From: Antechinus flavipes
Lineage: Eukaryota
Assembly: GCF_016432865.1 (NCBI RefSeq)
Contig: NC_067400.1
Span: 632,896,001-632,960,000, forward strand
DNA length: 64,000 nucleotides
Reading direction: 5' to 3'
Shown here: in pieces, positions 41,139 through 54,175 of the stretch
Layout of the letters: each line of letters opens with the position of its first letter
Numbering within the stretch: position 1 is the stretch's first letter
Program-made: the position numbers and the translations under genes
Notes under the pieces: generated by a model
Databases searched by the model: none
What the model was told of the DNA's origin: nothing
The model's input: only the letters and a program-made list of their open reading frames with translations

Positions 41139-43765
41139 TCAGGCCGCCTGCAGCCAGCTGCCCGCGCCCTCCACCTCTTTGGTGACCACCAGAAGCACCT
41201 CACACGGGCCCTCGGCCAGGGCGGCCGACAGGAAGTCCCTGGGGGAGAGGGGCCACGGTGGGTGGCCGGCCTTTGGCCCTGGGCTCCGCCCCCCGCGCCC
41301 CCTGAGCCCCCGGCCCCGCCCCCGCCCCCCGCGGCCCCCTGAGCCCCCGGCCCCGCCCCCGCCCCCCGCGGCCCCCCGCGCCCCCGGCCCCGCCCCTTTG
41401 CGGCTCCCCGGGCTCCTGCCAATGAGGGGCTGCCTCCACCTCCGCCCTTATCTCGGGCCCAGACCCCTCGGCTCCGCAGAAGCTAAATCGGGCTCCTCAG
41501 CTGTCATCAGTCCCCCTCATCCCCCCCCCCCGCACTCCCGGGGCTCAGCCCCTCCTCGGCTCGCTGGGCCCTCGCCCCCCCCCCTCCGCCCCCCGCCGGG
41601 CCCTCACCTGAGCTCGGCCTCGCCGCCCAGGGCCACGGGCTCCCGAAGCTTCGAGTCCAAGTTGTAGTAGACGTTGCCCACCTGGCGCAAGGCCACCCAG
41701 TGGCGCCGCTGCAGGGGCAGGGACAGCACGCCCAGGGAGACGGGGGAGGGCAGGTTCAGGATGAAGCCCAGGACCTGGGGCAGGGCCAGCTGGGCCAAGG
41801 GCCTGGGGAAGAGCGCAGGGAGCGGGCTCAGCCGGGCCTCCCCCTCCCCTCCCGCAGCCCCCGCCCCTCCCCCAGACGAGCTCTCACCGCCGCCGGTCCC
41901 ACCACACGGCCGCCAGCCCCAGGCCCTGAAGAGCAGCCATGATGACGTTCACATCGTAATTCCCCGTGCCCAGGAGGCTTCGATGAGGGTTCAGGCGGGA
42001 ATCGGGGGCCAACCTGCAGGGGGCGGCAGGGAGGGCTCTCAGGGAGGTCTGCTGGGGCTGGGGGCCCCCCTGTCTCCATCCAGTTCCGGGCTGAAGCAGG
42101 CCCTGCCCTTCCCCTGCCCGCTTCCCTCTGGCTCCCAGACCCGGGAGCACCCAGAAGGGATGAGGAGAAAGGGGGAGAAAGGGACCGGGAAGGCTCCTTG
42201 TGAGCCCCTCCCCTAAGGACCTCGAACACCATAGGGGCATAATGAATGTTTTTGTCAATGGACCATGGAGCCCCGCCCACACGAGGTTCCTCCTCAGGTC
42301 CCGGGCAGCCCTTTGGGGACCTTCTCTCCTCTGCCCTCCCCACCCTAGTGCAAAGCTCATCACCTCCCGCTGGGTCACCAGCTGCAAAGGCTGCTGGGGG
42401 AGCTCCGGCCAGGCCATCAGCCCCCAAAGGGATGACCCCTTCCTCAACAACCCCTGCGGCTCCCTATGGCCTCCAGAATCAAGTACAAAACCCTCTACTC
42501 GGCATTCAGAGCCCTGCTTGGTCTGACTGCTTCCCAGCTTTCCAGTCTCTTGCCTCCCTCTCCACCTCCCTCCCCACGGAGAGCTCTTGGGAGCAGTAAT
42601 TCTGGCTGTTCTAGATCCCGGTGGGAACTGGCCCCCAGCCCTGAGAGGCTCCCCCCCCCAGCCTTCCTCAGCCCCCTCCCCATTAATTCCTGTTTATCCT
42701 GACCTGAACGTGTTTGTAGTTGTCTCAGGCTGGAGTGAGAGCTCCCTACCCACAGCGCCGGCCCTTTTGCCTCTCTCTAGCCTAGCGCTCCCCGGGCCGG
42801 CTTCCCAGCACCCCAGGGCCGGCCTCGGCCAAGCCTCCTAGTGCTCCCCAGGCCGGCCTCCTAGTGCTCCCTGGGCCGGCCTCTCCCCACCCCCCCAGCC
42901 TCAGCCAAGCCTCCTAGTGCTCTCCAGGCTGGCCTCCTAGTGCTCCCCAGGCTGGCCTCCCAGCACCCTGGGGCCGGCCTCAGCCAAGCCTCCTAGTGCT
43001 CCCCGGGCCAGCCTCCTAGTGCTCCCCAGGCTGGCCTCCTAGTGCTCCCCAGGCTGGCCTCCTAGTGCTCCCCAGGCTGGCCTCCCAGCACCCCGGGGCC
43101 GGCCTCAGCCAAGCCTCCTAGTGCTCCCTAGGCTGGCCTCCTAGTGCTCCCCAGAGCCAGCCTCTCCCCCCCCCCCCCAGCCTCGGCCAAGCCTCCTGGC
43201 CCATCCTGGGCTCTGCCCTCCCTCCTTCCTTCCTTCATTGGCAGGTCCCTGCCACAGTCCCTTGGAAGCAAGTTCCTCCTGCTGGGCCTGGCATTCAAGA
43301 CCAGCCCCTCTCACAGCCTCCTGCCCTTCCCTTGGTGACTCCAGCTGCCCCTCCCCCTCTCTGAGCCTCAGTTTCCCCACTTGAACAATGAGAAGGCTGG
43401 ACGGCTGCAGGCCCCACGCCCCCCCCCCCCCCCCCCCAGCCCGGCTGGGCCACCTCCCCGCCCCAGAAGGGACGGCTTGTTCAGAATCCCAAATGGGGAG
43501 CAGGCGGGAAGGGGCGCACACCCGGGGCTGGCCCCCTCCTCCTTCCCACCCGGCAGTCTGCCCGCGCGCCCGTGGGAGTGGGCGGGGGGCTGTGGGGGCG
43601 TCACCTCTTGCAGATCTCATCGGCCGCTTCCTGGCTGAAGAGGCGCTGCTGCAGGACGTTGTTGAGCGCGTGCACGGCGCAGAGCTCCAGGCGCTGCCGC
43701 TCGTGGTACACGGGCACGGGGGGCTCCGCGCCCCGCTCCTCGGGGGGCCCCGGGCTCCCCGACAT
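41139..43765 (-). CDS. JOSD2: Josephin domain-containing deubiquitinase 2, 193 aa; exons 43765-43605, 42013-41888, 41802-41608, 41238-41139
   Basis: [36 protein letters not shown]|[42 protein letters not shown]|[42 protein letters not shown]..|[32 protein letters not shown]. Cys/His/Asp triad intact; all introns phase 2, GT-AG; 582 nt. Confidence 0.97.
42780..43150. repeat. ~23-bp minisatellite with variant units in a JOSD2 intron
   Basis: Unit CCTCCTAGTGCTCCCCAGGCTGG interspersed with CCTCAGCCAAG and CCCAGCACCC variants. Confidence 0.9.
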
Positions 43766-44129
43766 CCAGGGTCCTGCGCACACCGGGAGAGAGGCACGGG
43801 CGCACTGAGCCTCCAGGGGGAGGGCGAGGCAGAGACGCGGAGCGGGGGAGCAGAGGGAGGGGCGCGGAGACTCGGGCCGAGGCCCAGGAGGCTGGGGCTG
43901 CAGGAGGTGCAGACTGGGACGGGGAGACCCGAGGCGGGAGGCGGAGGCTCAGGGGGCGGGGGCGGGGGCGCAGAGACAGAGGGACGGGGGGGCGCCGGGG
44001 AGGTCAGAGACAGGGAGAGACCGAGTTGGGAAGGGGCAAAGACGGGGCTGGGGGGGGCAGACAGAGACAGGGAGGCAACCGCACCGACCGAGGAGCTGAG
44101 TCAAGCGCGGGGACGCGGACCGATGCTTA

Positions 44130-44680
44130 GAGATCCCGCCCCGCCCCGCCCCGCCCCAAGCCGCCAAAGGGGAAACTGAGGCTCAGGCAGAGCCTGAACC
44201 CCCGGCCGGGGCCCCTCCCTCCTCTCGAGTCGCTTGGCAACAAGTCCCGCCCCCGCCCCCCTCCGGACCCTGTGGGACTCGCCTTCCCAGAGGTCCCCGC
44301 GCCAAGACTGATCTTCCCAGAAATCCTCACGGCTTCTTTCGGAACGCTTTCCCAGAAGCCCCTGCTGTCTCTTGCGGGACACTTTCCCAGAAGCCCCTTG
44401 GCCTGCAGTGGGACTCGTCTTCCCAGAACCTCCCGCGGTGGGCCCGCAAAACCAGGTAGTCAGGCGGAGGCGTGCATGGGACGCCTGGCCTTCCCAGAAG
44501 CCCCCGCGACTAACGCCGGACTCAACTTCCCAGGAGGCCACGCGGCCTGCTCGGGTCCACACTTCCTAGAAGCGTCCTCAAAAGGCCTAAAATGACCTTC
44601 CCAGAATCCCTCGGGAACTTGAAGCCCGTAGTGGGGAAACCGAGGCACAGAGTCGAAACAAGCACGTAGTGGGGAAAGAA
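44130..44680 (-). promoter_or_regulatory. JOSD2 promoter region: GC boxes, X-box-like site and phased TTCCCAGAA array
   Basis: (CCCCG)n Sp1 boxes at ~44137-44158 and ~44246-44258; GTCGCTTGGCAAC at 44229-44241; nine TTCC(C/T)AG cores at 44284-44606; CpG-rich and upstream of the first coding exon. Confidence 0.7.
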
Positions 44681-44999
44681 GGGCAATATGAAGAAATTGA
44701 GCCACGGAGCGGGGGAGAATGAGTGAGATAACTGAGGCAGAGAGTGGCCCAACGGGCGGAACGTGGGGTCCGGTGGAGCAGAGCTTTGAATGCCACATCT
44801 CCCCTCTCCCCAAATGTTGAGGCTTATAGAGCTCAGAGTGTTTCAGATAAACGGCAGACTTGTGCTAGTGACCCCCAAGGCCTCGGGGTCAGTCAGGGTC
44901 GCCAGGTGACTCTGGAGCCCCCCATCCCCGCAGTGCCAAACAGTGGGGAGCGCACCCGGGGCTGGCAGGGGGCGTGGGGGGGAGGCCAAGGAGCCGGCC

Positions 45000-45420
45000 T
45001 GGGGGCTGGGAGGGGGGCGGGGCAGGATCGGGCCCGGGCTGGGGGCTGGGGGCGGGAAGGATCGGGCCCGGACTGGGGGCTGGGGGCGGGGCAGGATCGG
45101 GCCCGGGCTGGGGGCTGGGGGCGGGGCAGGATCGGGCCCGGGCTGGGGGCCGGGGGAGGGGCCAGGATCGGACCCGGGCTGGGGGAGGGGCGAGGAGCGG
45201 GGAAGGATCGGGCCCGGGCTGTGAGCTGGGGGAGGGGCCAGGATCGGGCCCGGCTGGGGGCTGGGGGAGGGGCGAGGAGCGGGGAAGGATCGGGCCCGGA
45301 CTGGGGGCTGGGGGAGGGGCCAGGATCGGACCCGGACTGGGGGCTGGGGGAGGGGCCAGGATCGGACCCGGACTGGGGGCTGGGGGAGGGGCGAGGAGCG
45401 GGGAAGGATCGGACCGGGAC
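45000..45420. repeat. G-rich ~30-36-bp minisatellite between ASPDH 3' end and JOSD2 promoter
   Basis: Units GGGGGCTGGGGGMGGGGCCAGGATCGGRCCCGG with GGCGAGGAGCGGGGA variants. Confidence 0.92.
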
Positions 45421-45595
45421 TGGGGGCTTGCAGCGAAGGTTCCGGTGACCCGAGCCTTACCCACAGAGCTTGGGGCTCCCTTCTGGCCCCCTCAGGGGGG
45501 TGTCCTCGGTCCCCCCACCCCTTTTGCTCCCCGCCCAAGTCCCAGAGGCCAGTACTGAGGCAAGCAGAGATTTCCATTGGAGCCAAGACCCCCAC

Positions 45596-45601
45596 TTTAT
45601 T
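45596..45601 (-). terminator. ASPDH polyadenylation signal AATAAA
   Basis: TTTATT on plus, 37 nt past the stop. Confidence 0.8.
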
Positions 45602-45638
45602 GACAGGGAGGCTGGCGCGTGGCGGGCAGCCCCGGTCC

Positions 45639-48104
<2,466 letters not shown>

Positions 48105-48364
48105 TTCTGGCTCTCCTGGCCAGCGCTGACCTTTGGACAGGTGACCTTTGCACCCCGTCCCCGCACTAGAGAGAAGGGGGGCAGATCCCCGAACCTTCCA
48201 GACAAGGGCTCTTCCCTCGTGGGCCGGGTCTGGCGGGGGAGCGCCTCCCCGGCTGTGTCGCCAACTCCCCCTTCCCTGGAGGTGCTAAGTCCCTTCCCCC
48301 TCCTCATTGCCATTGACGCCTTCGAAGCCTTCTCCTCCCCCCACCCCCTCGCGGGCCCAGCCAG

Positions 48365-48378
48365 GTTGCCGTGGCAAC
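48365..48378. promoter_or_regulatory. RFX X-box (GTTGCCGTGGCAAC)
   Basis: One mismatch from the palindromic GTTRCCATGGYAAC consensus; 260 bp upstream of the ASPDH ATG. Confidence 0.65.
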
Positions 48379-48972
48379 CTCATCCCATTTAGGGGAGGGG
48401 GTTGGCAGTGAGACCCGGGGATGGGAGCTCAGGCTGGCTCTTGCAGGCGTGGGCGCTCTCCTCCGGCCCCTCTGCCCAGCTTCTCCCTTTTCTGACTTTG
48501 TTTCCCGTTTGTGTCTGCCCTGGGTGGCGCCCCCTGCCTTGCTCCGAGTGCCCGGGGCTCCTTTTTAGGCTCCCGGCCCTGGCCCGGTCTGGGCCTCCAT
48601 CTCTGGCCGTCCAGTCCATCCCCTCCCCTTGTCCTTCCGCTCACCCAGCTCCCGCCAGTCCCCTGGCTTGGAGCAGCCGCCCCCTCCCCGGCCCCCCCTC
48701 CCCCCCAGGGTCACTGGCTGGAGGAGGACCTTGCCCTCGAGCCACCCGAAGAAGGGCGGGGCCTCGTGCCCTTTGGCCCCACCCCCAGGGCCGGCTTCGA
48801 GCCTGGGTCTCAGAAGGCTCTTGCTCCGCCTCCCCCAAGCTCCGCCCGCGGTGGGCTCGGGCCGGCTTCGCTCCTCTCCCGCCAGGGGTGGAGATGGCGG
48901 AGGCTGCGGCAGCCGAGGTCCCCCCTCCCCTCTCCAGCCCCTCCTCCCCAACCACCTGGTGTCTGCTGCAGT

Positions 48973-48986
48973 GTTACCATGGCAAC
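48973..48986. promoter_or_regulatory. RFX X-box (GTTACCATGGCAAC)
   Basis: Full match to the canonical X-box consensus, inside a CpG-rich patch upstream of ASPDH. Confidence 0.75.
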
Positions 48987-49929
48987 GGGGACTGGCAAGG
49001 GGAGAGAGGGAAAGAGAAGAGACGGAGGGAGAGGGATCTAGTCACACACGGGGAAGGAGGGAGGGAGGGAGAGAGATCCAAGGATGGGGAGAGCCCCCCT
49101 CCCCCCCATTCAGAGCCTCACAGAGAGAACATACAGGGAACATCACCCGCAGTAACAAGAGATGGAAAAACACAGAGATGGGCGAGAGACAAAAGTTGGA
49201 GGAGTCTGGAGGAGAGGCAAGAGTTTTCCCCCAGGGAAGCTGCGTCTTGGAGAGTCCGGGAGAAGAACCGCGGGGCCCCCCAGCCCGAGGTTCTTCTCCA
49301 CGCTGGGATCTCTTGTCAGCCCCTCCTCATGGGGCTGGGGGGAGGACGGCAAGGAAGGCCATGAGGTCCCCCGCCCATCCTTCCAAGCGGGGCAAGATCC
49401 GGCCTCGCAGTGCCTCTCGCCTCCCTCATCCCATAGGTTGGGGAATCTCCGCTATTATGTCTTGGGGTCCCTCTGACTGCGTGCACCTGGGGGTCTCTTC
49501 CAGTGACTGTCCTTCAGGGCTTCTCTTAAAAGTCACCCTCTCCACCTCCCCCATCCGAGGGACGGCCCGAGGTCCCGCGTCCTTCCCAGGGCCGGCCGTT
49601 TGTCAGGCCCTGGGCCACGGCTGCGGTGCTCTCTCCGGAAGGCCGGGTGGCCATCTCTGAGGAGGCCGGATCTGGACCCAGGGCCTCCAAGGGGACGCCG
49701 GGGCAGCCGCCGAGCTCTGCCGCCGAGCGCCCCCCGGGGTCTCTCTGGGGACACGTGCATCTAGAAGCATCTCTCATTGGACCAAAGCTGGAGTCCGACC
49801 GTCTCCAGGCTTGTCTTTCAGGGTCCCCTTTTCCCCATCGTCCCTTGCCTGCCGAAGCTGCTTCTCATGGGGATCTGTTCTCAGCCCAACTTCTCTGGTC
49901 ACACTGAGCACGGGCTACTGCGGATTCTC

Positions 49930-50230
49930 TCCTTTGTCTCCTGTGTCTTTCTCTCTGTGTCCTCTCTTTGTGTGTCTCTCTCTGTCTCTGTCCCTCTCTC
50001 TTATTCTGTTCCTCTGTCTCTGTGCTTCCTCTTTCCTCTGTTTCTGTCTCTGTCCTCCGTGTGTGTCTTTCCCCTTCTGTCTGTCTGTCTCTCTGTTTCT
50101 GAGTCTGTCTCTGTCTTTCTCTCTGCCTCTGCCTCTGTATGTATGAGGCTGTGTCTCTGTCCCCTCTTGTCTCTATCTCTCCGTGTTTGAGTCTGTATCT
50201 CTCCGTGCCTGTCTCTGTCTCTGTCTACTT
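49930..50230 (+). repeat. TCTC/TGTC-rich low-complexity tract
   Basis: Degenerate (TCTCTG)n. Confidence 0.85.
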
Positions 50231-51405
50231 GTCCCTGTGGATCTCGGGGGAGAAGTAGGGCCTGGATGAAAAGATGCTGTTTCCAAGCTCATCTTTTGCC
50301 CTCCCCGCCCCCCTGATATTTGGGCCCTTCCCTTTCCCACTGAGCGGCCTCTGGCCCTGGTCTCTTCCTCCTTCTTGGTTCCTCTTCTCTCCTCCCTTTC
50401 CTACTCCTCTGGGCCCCGAAACGAGGAAGATCGGGGCCCTCCCTTATCTAGGGTCTTCTCCCATCTTTTCCTTTTCCCTTCCTCCCACTGTCGCACGCCC
50501 CTCCCCCATCTCTGTCCTCCTCTTTGTCTGAGCCCCACCTGCTGCCTTATTCTCTCCTTTTTTTTCCTCAACAGCCCCTCGACTGTTTCACTCTTGGTTT
50601 TCCCATATCTCTGCCCCCTTCTCCCCAACACCACCCACAGTGGTGCCTTCTCCCCCTCCCAATGAGGAGGAAACGCAGAGAGTCGCCAACAGTCTTGAAG
50701 AGCCCCCCACGGAGGGGGGAGAGAGGTTGGGCTGGAGAGCCAGTGTGGGAACGCAGAGGCAGGAGCTCTCCCTGGCACCCCGCTCTTCCGTCGGCGTCCT
50801 GGGGGGCTCTGGCTGCTCCCTGTCTCCGTGGGGACCTTTGTCATCCACAGACCAAGGGGTGGGGCGACGTCTCTGGGTCCTTCCAACTGCCACGGATTCC
50901 AAGGTATGGAGGGCTGGCTCCTTTGGTGTCCCCCAAAGTAAAAGGACTTTTACCAGAAACCCGAAAGGAGGAGTCACACAGAGCTGCACACACACACACA
51001 CACGCACACACACACAGAGCCTCATTCAAAAGATCTCCTTTCCCTTTCTTCAAACCTCCATCTAAGCCCTGCTCCAAGTAGAAGAATGGACAGGGTCCCG
51101 GGGACCCAGGCAGGGAGGGAGCTTCGGGCTCCTCTGGTCTGATGCTCTCTCTTTCCAGTTCGGGAAACAGAGGTGGGCTCAAGGTCATAGAAGGAGAAGG
51201 CAGTCTCCAGACAACACTCCCAGTCTGCTCAGCTTCTTCAGCTTAAAATGAGGGGCTGCCCTCAAAGAACTCCACCTTTGCCCTTCTCTGATACTGTACT
51301 GGGGGGCATGGGAGAGCCCCAAGCCCAGCGGGTGACCTCACTAATCACCTCATCTTCTGCGGGCTGGAAAGGAGGGGTTTGATAGAGCTCCTCTCTCTCC
51401 CTCTC

Positions 51406-51408
<3 letters not shown>

Positions 51409-51484
<76 letters not shown>
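51409..51484. repeat. (TC)n microsatellite, ~38 units
   Basis: Perfect dinucleotide run. Confidence 0.97.
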
Positions 51485-51488
<4 letters not shown>

Positions 51489-52360
51489 CCTCATGAATTT
51501 TGCATTTCTATTTTCATGACAAAAAAATTTTTTTACTTTTTCTTTTTTTTTTAAAGTAATTACAGAGCAGGGTAGTCATCGACACACACCTCCCTTCAGT
51601 ATCAAAAAAGTCTATGGAGCAGGTTTGGGGAAGGGAAGGATTTTGGCGGTGGGGGGCAGGAGACTGGGGCTCCCCCTCCCCCCATCCAATGGGCAGGGTG
51701 GGCTAGGCCAGGGCTTGGAGCTTAGCATGTGGTAGGGACCAGGCCGGGGGTAGTTGGAGCTCAGGTGATTCGGTCTGTCTCTTCGGTTTGGAGGAAGGGA
51801 TGGGAGGGGAAGGCATCAAACTGCAAAAATGAACCATAAAAGGGGTTTGTTGGGGGTGGGGGAGGGGGAGAGGGCCCCTCAAAAAAGCTCTCCCCTTGAG
51901 GGTTGGCAGGGGGTGGGGATGGGGGCTGGGGAGGGTGAGGAAAGACCCGGAGGGGTTTGGGCCATCTCTTCCGAACCCCACATCCCTCGGGGGCTCGAGA
52001 GAGGCCGGAGGGGGGCAGCTCTGTTAGAATCCCCAGCGAGGTCCAGTCTCGATGTGGCTCCCGTCCCCTCCTCCCCCCCAACATTCCTCCCAGGACTTCC
52101 CACTACGGGGGGAGGAGTCAGGGATGCAAACCAGGAGTCAAACGGTCAGGGTTCCCCCCCCTTCCCCCTCTCCCCTTCCCCGCAGGGCTTGGGGAGAGTC
52201 TCACGTCCCGGAGGACAGGGGCGGGGGTGGGCGAAGGGTCCAAGGGTCCAAGATGGCGCCTTCTCCCCCGCGTGGGGAGCTCGGGGCGTCCGTGTCCCCA
52301 GCCGCGTTTCCCCACCCCGCCGCGTCCCCTCGACGCCAGGGAGCTGCCGCCGGGAGGGCC

Positions 52361-54175
52361 TCAGATCTGTGTCTCTTGCACGTTCTCCTTGGAGCTGCTC
52401 TTGAAGAGCAAAGGTTCGTGGATGGAGTTGAGCCCGGGGGGGCCCTTCCCCCCGCAGCCCCCGCCGCCCGGGTTGCTGCTGTAATGGGCCTTGAAGGCAG
52501 CGGCCACATAGTGGTGGTGGTTGAGATGGTCACGTTCCAGGGCGGGCAGGGCCAAGTGGCTGTCCCCGCCCCCGCCCACGCCGGACACGGCGGCGGCCGC
52601 GGCGACGGACACGGCGGAGGCGGCGGGCAGCTCGTCCTCCACGTTGATGATCTCCACGGTGCGCGTGGGGCCGTGGTGCTTGTGCAGCTGGTGCTGCTTT
52701 CGGAGCTTGTAGAAGGCGACCAGCATCACGGCGGCCATGAAGGTGATGGCCACGAAGCAGCCGATGATGATCTTGGTGGTCTTCATGACGTCGTCCAGGT
52801 CTTTGAGGGCGTTCTCGGTCACGTCCGTGATGGGGACCGTGAAGGCCTTCTCGGTGGGCCGCGAGGACCTCGGGGCGGGCGCCGTGGTGGAGGAGGAGGC
52901 GGGCCCTCCCACGTCGCCGCCCCGGGCCCCGCCCCAGCCGCCGTCCGTGGTGGGCCCCGGAGGTTCCTTCTCCGTCCCGCGGGGCAGGAGGATCTCGTCG
53001 CCAGACTGGGTCTCCAGCGTCTCCACCGTCACCGTGGTGAAGTACGTGTAGCCTCCCCCGCTGGAGCCCCCGGGCCCGCCGGGACCGCCCGCCCCCACGG
53101 GGTCCACGGCGGAGACGTTGAGGGTGGCGGACGCCGTGGTGTTGCCGGCCGAGTTGGTCACCATGCACGTGTACTGGCCCGTGTCCTGGACCGTGACGTT
53201 GGTGAAGTTGAGGGTGCCGTCGTGCAGGACGGAGATGCGGACGCGGTACGAGCCGTGCGTCATCAGGGTCCCGTTGGGGGTCAGCCAGTTGACGGACGTC
53301 ATGGAGGTGCCCGTGCGGCACTTGAGCTCGGCCGCCATGCCCTCGGTGACGTTGAGGTCCGTGGGCGGCTCCACGATGACCGGCGCGTAGCAGGTGAAGT
53401 GCGACTGGTCCAGCTCGCCGATGTAGCGGCCCTTGAGGCCGGCGGGCGCGTGGCAGCGGGCGCAGCACGTGGTGTTGCTGGGGACCGTCTCCTTGAGCCA
53501 CCAGCTGAGCCAGAGCACGTCGCAGTTGCAGTGCCACGGGTTGTGGTTGAGGTGCACGCGCTCCAGCCGGTGCAGGGGCGTGAAGAGGTCGTGGGGCAGG
53601 GACATCAGGTTGTTGTGGGACAGGTTGAGCTCCTCCAGGGACTTGAGGTCGTCGAAGGCGTTGCGCTCGATGGTGCCCACCTGCGCGTGCATCAGCCACA
53701 GCTTGCGCAGGCTGGTGAGGCCCTGGAAGGAGCCGGGCCGGATCAGGTCCAGCCGGTTGCCCGACAGCTCGAGCTCCTCGAGCCGGACCAGCGCCGTCAG
53801 GTTGGGGATGTCCTTCAGGTTGCACATGCCCAGGTTGAGGTAGCGCAGGTTGACGAGCCCCTCGAAGGCGGCCTCCGAGATGTACTCGAGCCGCTTGAGC
53901 TCCCCCAGGTCGAGCCGCCGCAGCGACGGCACCCGNNNNNNNNNNNNNNNNNNNNNNNNNNNNNNNNNNNNNNNNNNNNNNNNNNNNNNNNNNNNNNNNN
54001 NNNNNNNNNNNNNNNNNNNNNNNNNNNNNNNNNNNNNNNNNNNNNNNNNNNNNNNNNNNNNNNNNNNNNNNNNNNNNNNNNNNNNNNNNNNNNNNNNNNN
54101 NNNNNNNNNNNNNNNCTTGCTCAGCTGCAGGATCTCCAGGTGCCGCAGGTGCTTGAAGGTGTCGGTCCGGATCAC
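52361..54175 (-). CDS. LRRC4B: Leucine-rich repeat-containing protein 4B (netrin-G ligand 3), last coding exon (604 aa + stop); N-terminal exon lies beyond the window
   Basis: Acceptor CTCCAG|GTG ATC CGG. LRRs, [22 protein letters not shown], Ig domain ([31 protein letters not shown]), [24 protein letters not shown]-terminal PDZ ligand VQETQI. The frame is preserved across the 180-N gap. Confidence 0.97.
   Translation of the reverse strand: MIRTDTFKHLRHLEILQLSKXXXXXXXXXXXXXXXXXXXXXXXXXXXXXXXXXXXXXXXXXXXXXXXXXXXXXXXXXXXXRVPSLRRLDLGELKRLEYISEAAFEGLVNLRYLNLGMCNLKDIPNLTALVRLEELELSGNRLDLIRPGSFQGLTSLRKLWLMHAQVGTIERNAFDDLKSLEELNLSHNNLMSLPHDLFTPLHRLERVHLNHNPWHCNCDVLWLSWWLKETVPSNTTCCARCHAPAGLKGRYIGELDQSHFTCYAPVIVEPPTDLNVTEGMAAELKCRTGTSMTSVNWLTPNGTLMTHGSYRVRISVLHDGTLNFTNVTVQDTGQYTCMVTNSAGNTTASATLNVSAVDPVGAGGPGGPGGSSGGGYTYFTTVTVETLETQSGDEILLPRGTEKEPPGPTTDGGWGGARGGDVGGPASSSTTAPAPRSSRPTEKAFTVPITDVTENALKDLDDVMKTTKIIIGCFVAITFMAAVMLVAFYKLRKQHQLHKHHGPTRTVEIINVEDELPAASAVSVAAAAAVSGVGGGGDSHLALPALERDHLNHHHYVAAAFKAHYSSNPGGGGCGGKGPPGLNSIHEPLLFKSSSKENVQETQI
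53936..54115. other. Gap / masked run (180 N) inside the LRRC4B coding exon
   Basis: N run, in frame. Confidence 1.

Noticed and set aside
48402-49364. 320-aa plus-strand ORF including MAEAAAAEVPPP
   Set aside because: Low-complexity, GC-driven ORF with no recognisable homology or exon structure.
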